NCBI GenBank assembly: GCA_963718635.1
Contig: OY970367.1
Location: forward strand, 4,499,922-4,563,921
Reading direction: 5' to 3'
Length of the DNA: 64,000 nt
From: an uncultured Planctomycetota bacterium
GTDB taxonomy: Bacteria > Planctomycetota > Planctomycetia > Gemmatales > Gemmataceae
Of the stretch, positions 48,815-58,946 are shown piece after piece. The notes below the pieces were generated by a model. It had not been told where the DNA came from. It made no database searches and worked only from the letters and a program-made list of their open reading frames with translations. The stretch's first letter is position 1, and each line of letters opens with the position of its first letter. A program made the position numbers and the translations under genes.

Positions 48815-51800
48815 TCAATGATTAAACAAAAACGCCGGGCTATTGATGAGGGCCCACATCAGGTCTTGGCCGCCGAGCACGCGCTTATCTCCGGGCAGGG
48901 CGGCATTGGCCGTTGCATTGCTGAGACGTTTATATTCCGCATCTTGATCGCGGAACAATTGCTGCAACTTAGCCTTTTGCTCTGCGCTTCGCTTATCGGC
49001 CGGGGTAGCGAGTAGCGCTGCGAGGTCTGCGGGTAAGGCCATTCCCAGTCGTGGGACGGCGTCGCCGGTGACGGCCAGCCGGAATTTGCCAAGATTATGT
49101 TCCTTGCCTGGGAACTGTTGGTCGAGCGTTACTGTCAGCTTGACGCCAAGATCGGTCTGTACGGGCTCTTTGAATTCGAACATGGCCGTCTGCGATTTGC
49201 CAAGCTGCGGCGAAATTGCCCAGCCAGTTGCCGGGTTGCCGTCGATCGCCTTATCCACCCCAAAAGTATCTTGGGAGAAGGTCGCCTGGGCTTTGTGTAA
49301 CACGACCGGCTTGCCGGGAGCGCCAAGCGGTTCGGCAATCACTTTAAACTCGCTCAAGACAAAGTTTCCGTTCGGTGCCCGGCCGGGTCCTTTGCTTGGC
49401 AATCGAGCGTCCATCAATGCCTCCAAACGAATGGCGGTGATTCGCTTCAATTTGGACGTGCCTTCGACGGTATAAAGTTCCGGGCTGCTGGATTCTCCAT
49501 GAACAAAAAGCGAACCATCTTTTTCAACCGTGATCGTCGTCCCTTTTTTGTTCTTGGCAAAAGCACGACCCTTATCGGGAGTCAAAGTCTCCCACTTGGG
49601 CGATTGATCGAGTTCTTTCTCCCATGCCGCCTGTTTGGTGGCCAATTGAGCCTCATAGATGGCCAAGGCCTCCTGACGTTTCTTCAGATCGGCGGCTAGG
49701 GCATCGTAATCGTCCTGGGCATCTTTTACGCGCCTTCAAGCCTAATTTCAACTCTTCGGGAGTTGGCAATCGGGAAAGCGTGGCCAGATAGATCTCTTCA
49801 ACGTACTTCGCATCATCTTTGATCGTGGCGGCCAGTTTCACCAATCGACCATTGGGGTCTTTGATGGCATCGGCCACAATCGGCCCGTTGATCAAATTGA
49901 GAATTGGACCGAGCATCAGCCCGCTGGAGCGCTCGCACTCACAGGCGCTTTTGCGCAGCGGCTTACCGAACAATTCGAGAAAGCCGCTCGGAAGATCGAC
50001 GCTGCCATCGAGAACTTGGGCAGCGCGTGCGCCTGGCGCTGAAGCCGGGGATCTTCGAGATTGAACCGGTGACGCGATAAATGGCATCATAAAGCGATTC
50101 GGCGGGCAACCGTCGGGCTAGGGCATGTGAGTAATTCGTTTCATCGCCGACGTTCCATTTGTTCGTTTTTATTGAAAGCTGATAAGTGCGCGACTTACAG
50201 ATGGTTTTCATCAACTGGCGTACGTCGAATTGACTAGCAACGAATTCCTCCGTCATTCGGTCCAACAGGGCGGCGTTGCTGGCCGGGTTCCCGGCTCGAA
50301 TATCATCGATCGGCTCGATAATGCCGATGCCCAGTAGGTAGCTCCAAATTCGGTTCACATAACTTTTAGCAAAATACGGATTCTCCTTTGAGGTGATCCA
50401 TTTGGCCAGCTGAACGCGACGGCTCTGAGCGCCGGCCGGCATGTCCTTATGTTCGAACGGGAACCTGGCCTTGGCCATCTCGCCGGTCCGTTCGTGCTTG
50501 ACCTCACCGGTGTTGGAATCGGCAATGATCTCGACCATCGGTACCGCGCCTTCGACCGCTGAGCCGCCTATGTTGCCCGGATATTTCGGGTCGCGCGTGC
50601 GCGTCACCTGGGCAAAGTACGAAGCAAGGCTGTAGTATTGGTCCTGCGTCCACCGTTCAAAGGGATGGTCATGGCATTTGTTGCAGTTGAAACGCACGGC
50701 CATGAATAAATGAGTGGTATTTTCCATTGCCGCATCGGGTGCGCGCAACACTTTGTAATAGGAGGCGGCGCCGGCCTGTGCATTCGAGCCTGAAGCCGTC
50801 AGGATGGAGTAAGCAAACTTGTCGTAGGGCATATTAGTCGAGACGGCCTGATAGATGTAATCGCGCAGCGCCTTCGCCCCGACATCGCCGAGGAACTTTC
50901 GGTTCACTTGCAGCATATCGGCCCATTTGTTCGTCCAATGTTCGATGAACGCCGGGCTTCCCACCAGGGTGTCGACCAGCTCGTCCCGTTTGACTCGGGT
51001 CGAACGTTGGTCGGCCAGAAAGGCCCGCACTTGTTCGGGCTCGGGAGGCAACCCAGTGAGATCGATATAAATGCGACGGATGAATTCGCTATCGTCGCAT
51101 AGGTCGCTGGGCAGCACTTTTACCTTTTTCAGCTTTTCGTAAACGAGGTCATCGATGTAACTGAACGATTCGGGCTGCTTCCATTCAAAGCCGGAGCGGT
51201 CGCCCATCACCATCAAGGTGCTGGCGGCATAGGCGCCTTCGTAGCGGGCCAAAATCGTCGCTTCGCCGCGGCGTACGGTTGTTACAACGCCGCCGCGATC
51301 AACGGTGGCGACTTCGGTATTGCTGCTATCGATAAAGGCCTCGGCGGTCACATCGCGCGTCGTCCCGTCCGCGTAAGTGGCCATTACTGCCATCTGTTGT
51401 TTTTGACCGAGCGAGGGAACGATTCGCCCCTTGGGAAGGACCTCTAAGCTCGTAACGCGTGCCGACTCCAGATCGAGCTTCACCCCCTGCGCGATCCACA
51501 TTTTGAGAAGTTCATAGGAGGGATCGCCCGGTTGACACAGAACGCCGCCGACGTGCGGAACCGCGCCGGATGTCTTCAATAACATCAGGCTACGCTCAGG
51601 GGCGGCCCGGTTAAAACGCCGGCCTTCGAGGTCGTCCGTCAGCGCACGGTGGTCGAAGATCGGGTCGTAGCCGCGCAGACTTAGTTTGAAGCCGTTCTTT
51701 CCTTCCAGCGATCCGTGGCAAGTGCCGGCATTGCAACCAAGCCGGGACATAGCGGGCATTACATCGCGAACATAACTGACGGCATAAGCGCCTTTTTGAC

Positions 51801-52155
51801 CCGTAGATGTAATCGGCACAGAAATCGACTGTCCCCCTAGCTTGATCGACAATTGGCCTTTGCCATCGGCCGTCGGCCGCACGAGGCGGTTGGCGGAAAC
51901 CTTTACGATGTCTCCTTCCGCCTGAATCTCAGCCAATCGCGTGACATCGATTACGTCGCCGTTGTCGAGGGTGGCATCAACGAGCAACTGCCGATATTCG
52001 AACGGAGACTTCAATTCGATGGCGCTTGGCGTCGCGTGGAGACTTACGATCTTGGCGCCGGCAGGTAATTTCTCTTGCGCACTGGCAGTAGGTAGGAACG
52101 TAGCCAAAGCGATAAACGCGAGGGAAAGTCGCGGAAAACTCATGTTTCGCCTCAA
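48815..52155 (-). pseudogene. PSCyt1/DUF1549/DUF1553 ('PSD1') family protein with a C-terminal discoidin-like extension; fragmented by two frameshifts (~49670 and ~50000)
   Basis: Signal peptide. GCNAGTCHG (planctomycete cytochrome-C-like). IDLTGLPP (DUF1549). RFNCNKCHDHPFERWTQDQYY (DUF1553). ...KSACECERSS.... The terminal WALINSPAFLFNH is spread over ORFs 49963..52155, 49653..50090 and 48815..49666. Confidence 0.7.
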
Positions 52156-52259
52156 AAAAAGCGGATTCTACGGGGATGGCCGTAAGCGGCCCATCGTGCA
52201 GGAAGGATAATAGGAGTATACCAAGGGTGCTCGGGAGAGGGCAAGCTGTTGGTGGCTTA

Positions 52260-52336
52260 GGCGAGCCGCGAGCGTCAACGACCGTCGCAATACCTTTCGA
52301 GTGTCTTCTCCTGTCGCTTCACGCTCCCGGCTCGCC
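52260..52336. repeat. Family-C hairpin element
   Basis: ggcgagccgcgagcgt ...40 nt... acgctcccggctcgcc. Confidence 0.7.
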
Positions 52337-52347
52337 ACAAGATTCAC

Positions 52348-53328
52348 TTACCGTTTCAAGCGATAAAGATCAGCGCCCATCTTTGACAGATAGAGAATGT
52401 TGTTTTTGGAGTCGAAGGCCAGCCAAGTCATGGAATTGACTCCTTTGAGTTCCTTGGGCGGCGCAGGTGGAGCGCCCCAGGTTTTGCCCCCGTCGGTCGA
52501 TTCAATGATGCCGGCGCTGGTCAGCACGAGAAGATGGCTGTCGTCCTTGCCGAAGATCGGACCGGATAAGCCGCCTTTGACGATTGAAAGTTGCTCCCAA
52601 GTTTTGCCTTGATCCTTCGAAGTAATCAAGGCGCCATCGACAAGCCAGTAAGGAGTTTTGCCGCGCCAGACGGGCAATATCTTGGCGCTAAAGTCGGCGA
52701 CCTTCTCGAACGTCTGGGCGCCGTCGGTGGTTCTCATTAGCACATTGGGCTGCGGCTTCTTGTCTTCGCTCGGCGTGCGTCGGGCGATCACGGCCGTCTT
52801 CGCGTCAAAAATGCAAGCCGGGCCGAAGCCTTTGCCGACTTCGCGAAAGCTTTTGCCGCAATCGTCGGAAGCGAGAAGCATCCCACCCGATTCGTGCTTC
52901 AGCGTTAGAACAAAGCGGTTTTCGGCATCGGTCCAATCGACCGCCGCCCAATCGACATGCCCTGATTTCTTATCCATGGGAACGAAGGTTGTGCCATCCG
53001 TGCTGCGCACAATCGGGCTGCCATACACCAAGGCGATAACCCAACCTTTGCCCGCCGGGTTCATCATCATGCAGCCGGGCGTTTCCGTGCGTCCTTTGAT
53101 CGAGGCAAAAAGCTTGAATGTTTTTCCTTGGTCGTCCGAACGGTAGAGACCTTTATCGCTCATCCAGATATAGACGTCGCTCTTTTCGGGATCGACAACG
53201 ACACCGCAAAGACCGCCAAAGCCGAATTTCTCCGACTTGAGTAAGTCGGTCGTCATCGGTTCCCAATCCGCAGCAGCGGAAAGGGGAGCGAGCGCGAGCA
53301 AGCTGAAAAAGCAGAAGGAAGTGCGCAA
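52348..53328 (-). CDS. Secreted BNR/Asp-box repeat beta-propeller protein (sialidase/sortilin-like fold)
   Basis: Signal peptide, then repeated S-x-D-x-G-x-T-W/F boxes (SDDQGKTF, STDGTTF, TTDGAQTF, SKDQGKTW, STDGGKTW). Confidence 0.7.
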   Translation of the reverse strand: MRTSFCFFSLLALAPLSAAADWEPMTTDLLKSEKFGFGGLCGVVVDPEKSDVYIWMSDKGLYRSDDQGKTFKLFASIKGRTETPGCMMMNPAGKGWVIALVYGSPIVRSTDGTTFVPMDKKSGHVDWAAVDWTDAENRFVLTLKHESGGMLLASDDCGKSFREVGKGFGPACIFDAKTAVIARRTPSEDKKPQPNVLMRTTDGAQTFEKVADFSAKILPVWRGKTPYWLVDGALITSKDQGKTWEQLSIVKGGLSGPIFGKDDSHLLVLTSAGIIESTDGGKTWGAPPAPPKELKGVNSMTWLAFDSKNNILYLSKMGADLYRLKR

Positions 53329-53391
53329 GATGGCAGGCTCCAGTGGGTGGTTGATGCGCTAACAGCCGGAATGGCTCAGGGCATGGCGTTA

Positions 53392-55328
53392 TTAGTCTAT
53401 GTAGAAAAATTCGCTTGCATTCAACAGGGCGAGGCACCATTCCACGACAGCGCTTTCGTTTGGTGACGAAACGCTCTTGCTCCCTTTGTTTCCGAGGGCG
53501 GTCGCCAAATCTTTTGGGTTCGCCGGGGTGAGAGCTTCTTCCCGTTTCGATAAGTAATCCCGCGCTGCCTGCCGTTCTTCGCTGGTGATAGATCGTTGGA
53601 ATGCAAGCAGCCAGCCTCGCGAAATCAAGGTTTCGCGCTCGGCGTTGCATTCGCGCAGCAACCGGCCCGCCATATAGCGAGCCTGTTCGATGGCGACTGG
53701 CCCGTTCAACATGGTCAACGCCTGCGAACTGACGACCGTGTTGTCGCGCCGGCCTTGGCTTTCAATCGGCAGCGACATGTTGAACGTTTCAAAAAAAGGC
53801 AACGTGATCGAACGGCGCACGACGAGATAGATGCCCCGCCGGTTGAACTGAGCCGGGTCGTCCGAGATTTTCCAGTTCTTATGGATCAGCGTATCGAGCG
53901 CCTTGGAGTCGATGGGAGGCACCACGGCGGGGCCGTACATTTCCAGGTTAAGCGTACCGCTGGCCGCGTGAAGGTGATCCCAAACAATCTCCGCTTCGAG
54001 ACGCCGGCGCGGGAAGCGCGAGAGCCATCGCGCATCGGGGTCGGATAGCGCTTGAGCGGGTGTGGCAGTCGCTGCCATTCGATAAGTGTTAGAGGCCATG
54101 ATCAGCCGATGCAGATGCTTCAGGCTCCAATTGTTTCTGACCAGTTCGCGCGAGGAAGTCGAGCAATTCGGGATGGGTTGGCGGCTCTCCTTGCAAGCCG
54201 AAATCGTTCGGCGTTCGCACGAGGCCATTGCCGAAGTGCCACTGCCAGACGCGGTTGGCAATCACGCGGGCGGTAAGCGGATTTTCCGATGAAGTCAGCC
54301 AGCGCGCCAGGTCCGACCGGCGTTGGCCGGATTCATTTTTTCGAGAAACGTCGAGCGCTTTGCCGCCGGGCAGCGACGTACAAAGAGCCGGCTCTGCGAC
54401 AGCGAGCGGAGCGTCGATTTCACCTCGCCTTAACAGGCGAACTTCACCAGTTTGAGGACGCGCAGTCAAGATCTTCGCCACACCGCTTTTGGTGTTGAAC
54501 ACCTTCGGCTCGCTAGCGGCGAAGATCGCTTGCAGCCCGAAGTAATCCTCCTGACTGACAGGGTCGTATTTATGGGCATGGCAGCGACGCAGCCGACAGT
54601 TAGGCCGAGAAAGGCGGCGCCGGTCGTGTCAGCCAGATCGGTAAGCCGCTGGTATTCGATCACCTTCGGCCGAGCGATGCCCCCTTCAAAGGCGAAGGGG
54701 CCCACGGTGGCAAAGCCGGTCGCCAGCTTGGCTTCTTCCGAATCGGGAAAAAGTTCATCGCCGGCGATCTGCTCTTTGATGAACTGGTCGAAAGGCTTGT
54801 CCGAATGGAATGAGCGGATCACATAATCGCGGTAGAGAAACGAATGGGGATAAAGCGTGTCGAGTTCGTAGCCCGAACTGTCCGCATAGCGCACGACATC
54901 GAGCCAATAGCGCGCGTAACGCTCGCCGTAGTGCGGGGACTCAAGCAGTTCATCAACCACGGTCTGCGAGTTGCCGGGACCTATCTCGGGCAGCGCTTGG
55001 AACGCAAGTATTGCTTCGGGAGTAGGCGGCAACCCTGTCAGATCAAAGTGAATGCGTCGATAGAAAGTCGTCCGATCGGCCGGAGGCGCGGGCGTCAGAT
55101 GGTTTTCCGTCAATTTGGCAAAGATAAAAGCATCAATCGGATTGCGCGCCAGGCTTTATCTTTGACAGGCGGGATAGCAGAGTCCGTGATCGGTTGAAAT
55201 GCCCAATGCCTTTTCTGCCGCTCTTTCAAATCTACCTTGCTGCCAGCCTCGGGGTCAGCCAAAGCCGTAACGGTCGACACCAACCAAAGAAGAACAATAA
55301 CGCTCGTTTTCATGAAGTCTCGCTGCAA
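53392..55328 (-). pseudogene. DUF1549/DUF1553 (PSD1-type, no PSCyt1 head) protein fragmented by three frameshifts
   Basis: Pieces in four ORFs: a signal peptide + KRHWAFQPI (55110..55328); FDLTGLPPTPE (54466..55113); LARWLTSSENPLTARVIANRVWQWHFGNGLV (54089..54502); the C-terminus ...EWCLALLNASEFFYID (53392..54261). Confidence 0.7.
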
Positions 55329-55398
55329 TAAACCAAGGATTGCTCCACTGTTTAGTCTAACAAAGAGACGGCAGATTGTTGTTGTATTTCCGTCGGTC

Positions 55399-55485
55399 GT
55401 TAGCCGCTACGCGAAAGCTTTGCGCAGCGGAACGTTTGACACTGAAAGCGCTCCGCTGTGCAAAGCCTTCGCGTAGCAGCTAACG
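55399..55485. repeat. Family-B nested hairpin element (imperfect copy)
   Basis: gttagccgctacgcgaaagctttgcgcagcgg...cgctccgctgtgcaaagccttcgcgtagcagctaacg. Confidence 0.8.
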
Positions 55486-55662
55486 ATATTTTGTTTCTTG
55501 TTGTTGATCTTCCGACTCTAACGATTATCCGCTCCTGCTTCTTCCGGCGTCAAAAGTACCTAAATTCAGCGCTCAAAACGATAGATGGCGGCCCTTGCAT
55601 CCGTCGATATACGTTGGCGGTCTTTCTCTCAAGACTGCCGGGCGATCGCACGAGGATAAAGC

Positions 55663-56995
55663 ATGCCAGACCCCTATCGTGCTACAGCGCCCCGCTCCTG
55701 GGGGAAACCTCTCTTGCTGCCGATCCTCGCGCTGATGGTCCCCCTTACCGGCTGTCGGCTTGGTCGCAGCACAGGTGCGCCCGTCGCCTTCTCCGCGACG
55801 ACTGAAGTAATCGTCCCGGCGGCTACCTCTGAAATCAAAGACTTCAACGAATGCCTTGCTTTGGCGATGGCAACGCATCCGCGACTTATCGCCACGCGTG
55901 CCTCGCTGGCAGCGTCTGAAGATGGCAAGCGCGCCTTGGACCGAATGCATCTGCCGGCTACGCTCGACCCGCAAATTCCTGTTCGGCGTCAGCAAGCAGC
56001 AGTAGGTTTAAATGCCCCCGTCGCAGGCTTGGCCCAAGCCGAGCTTGAAGCGGCTTACGCCGTTACGCGAACTTATGTCACGGTTCTTTATGCTCGCGAG
56101 CAAGAACGGCTGGCTCAAGGCGTCGTGGAACGCCTGAAAGCCGTGAATCAGGCCGCTTCCGAAGCATTGGAGGCCGGCGCCCGCGATGCCTCCGCCGCCG
56201 ACGTAAAGCGGACGCTCGTCTATGCCCGGCTCGCGGAGACGAAACGAATCCAGGCGACGCAAGGCGTCAAGCGGGCGCTAGTCGCCTTGCGCGAGGCCTC
56301 TGGACTCGGAGCGGAGACCATTCTCGATGTGAAAGGCGATCGCCTGTCGATCCCTGACACGCGACCCAATCGGGATGAGGTTCTGGCCGGTGCTTTAGCG
56401 AAGCGCGGCGAAATCATTCAGACTAAAGTGTTCGCGCAAGTCGCCTGCCTTGAAGTCGAAGCTCAAGGCACAAGTCGCAGTCAACGCATGCCGACGTTTG
56501 CCTCCGGGACGGATATTCACGCTCAACAAGTTCCTCAGGGCGCAAACGGAACCGATTATCGTCCCGCCGGCATCAATCCCGAAATGCCAACCATGTTAGT
56601 CGGCTCGCGGGCAGAGCGAGTCAAACATGCCGGCACGCTTACGCGCTCGAGCCCAGGCTGTGGTCGAATCGACGCAGAAGCTCATTACGCTCGAATGCGA
56701 GGATGCCTTTTTGCGCTGGGAAGAAGCATACGGGCAAACGACCTTGGCCCGTGAGGCAGCTGAGGCCGGCGAAAAATTAGCCGACGAACTCCGCAAGCAG
56801 TTTACCTCTGGCTTAAAAGTAAAAGTGGATGAGGTAATCACCGCGCGGGTGCTCGCATCACAAGCCCGTTCCGAATACAACGAATTCGTCTATCGCCAAT
56901 TGATCGCCCTGGCCGATCTGGAACGCGTCTCCGGCGGCGCGTTTCGATCCGGCCTGCAGGAGATGCTGCAAGCGGCTTCGACGACGAAGGAGTGA
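55663..56995 (+). pseudogene. TolC-like outer-membrane efflux lipoprotein, frameshift near 56640
   Basis: Lipobox LTGC. OEP-type helical repeats. The C-terminal part continues in ORF 56627..56995 (AQAVVESTQKLITLECEDAFLRWEEAYG...). Confidence 0.55.
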
Positions 56996-57006
56996 TGCGC
57001 AGTATA

Positions 57007-57086
57007 TTGGCGAGCCGGGAGCGGTAGCGACCGTAGAAAGTTGTGCAAAGCGATTGCTCCGGTCGTTAACGCTCCCGGGTTGCCAA
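57007..57086. repeat. Family-C hairpin element between convergent genes
   Basis: ttggcgagccgggagcg...cgctcccgggttgccaa with an inner gcgaccg/cggtcg stem. Confidence 0.65.
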
Positions 57087-57117
57087 ATCCGCTGGCGCGG
57101 CCGATGATCAATTCACT

Positions 57118-57801
57118 CTAGCGCAACTTTTGCAAGCGCAGCACATCGCCGAGCCATTTCATATCGTCGTCGGCCAATTTCGCCACGGGCTCAGTTTTGT
57201 AATCAATTTGACTGCTGAAGTTGCCCTGGTCGTAACAGCGGGCAAAGGTTGCTTGTAGATCGAGAACCGTATCGCGGTCGTCCGAGGCGAGCGGGATCTT
57301 GAAACGAGGCAAGCGTTTTTGCAGCGTCGTCGTGTAGATTTCGTAACGTTCCGGTTGCGTCGAACGAGTGACCGTGATGGCATAATCCCATTCGGGTAGG
57401 CCTTCGCGCGAATAGTCGAGCATCGGCGCCCCTTGCAGCGACAAGTCGATCTCTACAACACTGGCGCTCTGGCTGCGCACCTGCTTACGCGTCTCGAGAT
57501 AGGCTTCGCGACCTTGCGAACGGAGCTTGTTGATCGGGCTGACGACATCGATGAGCGTAACCAGGCGATTGTCCGAGCGCTGCCGGACTTCAATGAACTC
57601 TTCCTGGTGCTGTTCGCGAATAATCGATGTAAACAGAGGCTGTTCAGTAGCGTACGAACGCTGCCCGATACGGGCGCGATAGCGATCGACGAGGCCGGGC
57701 AGCAAGATCTGGTAAAGGCACGCAACCAGTTGATGATGGAACGACGGCCATAGCTTGTCGTCTTCGAGATACGGATCCATTCCTGGCAAGGGGCACGGCA
57801 T
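57118..57801 (-). CDS. DUF4058 family protein (restriction-endonuclease-like fold family common in cyanobacteria/planctomycetes)
   Basis: The N-terminus MPCPLPGMDPYLEDDKLWPSFHHQLV matches the DUF4058 start consensus (PGMDPYLE...W..FH). Confidence 0.6.
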   Translation of the reverse strand: MPCPLPGMDPYLEDDKLWPSFHHQLVACLYQILLPGLVDRYRARIGQRSYATEQPLFTSIIREQHQEEFIEVRQRSDNRLVTLIDVVSPINKLRSQGREAYLETRKQVRSQSASVVEIDLSLQGAPMLDYSREGLPEWDYAITVTRSTQPERYEIYTTTLQKRLPRFKIPLASDDRDTVLDLQATFARCYDQGNFSSQIDYKTEPVAKLADDDMKWLGDVLRLQKLR

Positions 57802-58004
57802 GGTGCTTCTCTCCGACGAAGGCTCGCTGCCCGCACAACGGGGCAATCACCACTCCTTATGGGGGAACAACCGCGCTGTTCCCAATCATTACCGAGGTAA
57901 TGGGCATTCTATCCACCCCGGACAGGGTCTGACTAGGTGATAGCGCTGAAAAAATCGTTGTCAGCAAGGCCGGCTTAGGCGCCAGAGAATGAGTTGGCGT
58001 TTTA

Positions 58005-58066
58005 TGGTGGCCTTTCGCTCCGCGAAAGGAAAGCTCTTCGCGGAGCGAAAGGCCACCATAGGATTC
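58005..58066. repeat. Long perfect hairpin (20-bp arms GTGGCCTTTCGCTCCGCGAA / TTCGCGGAGCGAAAGGCCAC, 10-nt loop) leading the family-A array
   Basis: Read directly. Confidence 0.85.
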
Positions 58067-58089
58067 GTTTCATTCCGCGTCGTTCTTTC

Positions 58090-58760
58090 TCCCACGATTT
58101 TTTCGCAAAGTGCCTGTGGGAAATATTTCCCACAGGCACTTTGATCAACCTCGTTGACCCCGACGTCGAGGGATTGCCGAGAAAGCATTTGCCCGCCGAA
58201 AGGGCTCCGCAATGCCTTCGCACCGCAAACGAGCTTAGTTTCTCATCGCGCGTTTTTCCACGATTTTCTCGCATTCCAGGTTCGGGAAATATTTCCCGAA
58301 CCTGCACTGTCAGACTGACGGGCGATAAAGCGTCAGGCGTTAGAATCTGGCGCAAGCGAGACGCTTGCGCTACGGGGTTTTGAAAGACCATCATCCGCTT
58401 TCCCACGATTTTCTCGCAAAGTGCCTTCCGGAAATATTTCCGGAATATTAACCGATAGGAATTTTTCATGTGGGGGCAGGCGTCCCGGGGCTCCGTCGCG
58501 TACGCGTCCGGCTAACAAATCATTGCGCGTTTTCCCACGATTCTTTTGGATTTCGCCTACTGGAAATATTTCCAGAAGGCGGTCGCGTCAGAATGACGAG
58601 CTATTGATCGTTGAGCGTTTGAGTTTCGGACGGGCGAGACGCTTGTCGAGTTTAATCGAAGAGTTATCACGCGTTTTCCCATGATTTTATTGGAAAGTCG
58701 CTTCTGGAAATATTTCCAGAAGCGACTTCTTGTTAGCCGCGACGCGGGGGCTTTGCGCAG
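58090..58760. repeat. Array of 5 family-A units, spaced 132-165 bp. Each unit is a conserved ~40-bp box (ATCAtcGCGCGTTTTCCCACGATTTTCTCGCAAAGTGCC) plus a 20-38 bp perfect or near-perfect palindrome centred on GGAAATATTTCC, with compensatory arm changes
   Basis: The five palindromes, read directly: gtgcctgtgggaaatatttcccacaggcac; caggttcgggaaatatttcccgaacctg; ttccggaaatatttccggaa; gcctactggaaatatttccagaaggc; gaagtcgcttctggaaatatttccagaagcgacttc. Confidence 0.9.
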
Positions 58761-58828
58761 CAGAGCGTTTGCCGGCCGAGAACGCTCTGCTGTGCAGAGC
58801 GTCTGCGTCGCGGCTAACAAAACTTTTT
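58742..58828. repeat. Family-B nested hairpin element (outer GTTAGCCGCGACGC/GCGTCGCGGCTAAC perfect)
   Basis: Read directly. It abuts the last family-A unit. Confidence 0.85.
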
Positions 58829-58946
58829 TCGCGACATACCAGCTTAGGCGCGCTAAAAATGGAAAATGAAAAAAGCTGGCGGCAAGGACGTGAAGTCCTT
58901 GCCGCCAGCTTTACGCTTCAAATGGTCTCGCAACTCGCGGCAGCCC

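Noticed and set aside
58096-58125. Possible sigma54 promoter in the reverse complement of the conserved box (GGCACTTTGCGAG)
   Set aside because: The GG-to-GC spacing is 7 nt rather than the required 10, so it does not fit the TGGCAC-N5-TTGC consensus.
58090-58760. Considered whether the 5-unit array is a CRISPR array or an integron cassette/attC array
   Set aside because: - Repeats are not identical, and they are ~70 bp with ~70-bp spacers, too long and irregular for CRISPR.
- No cas genes are present.
- In attC sites the ends are conserved and the centre varies, which is the opposite of what is seen here.
- No intI gene is present.
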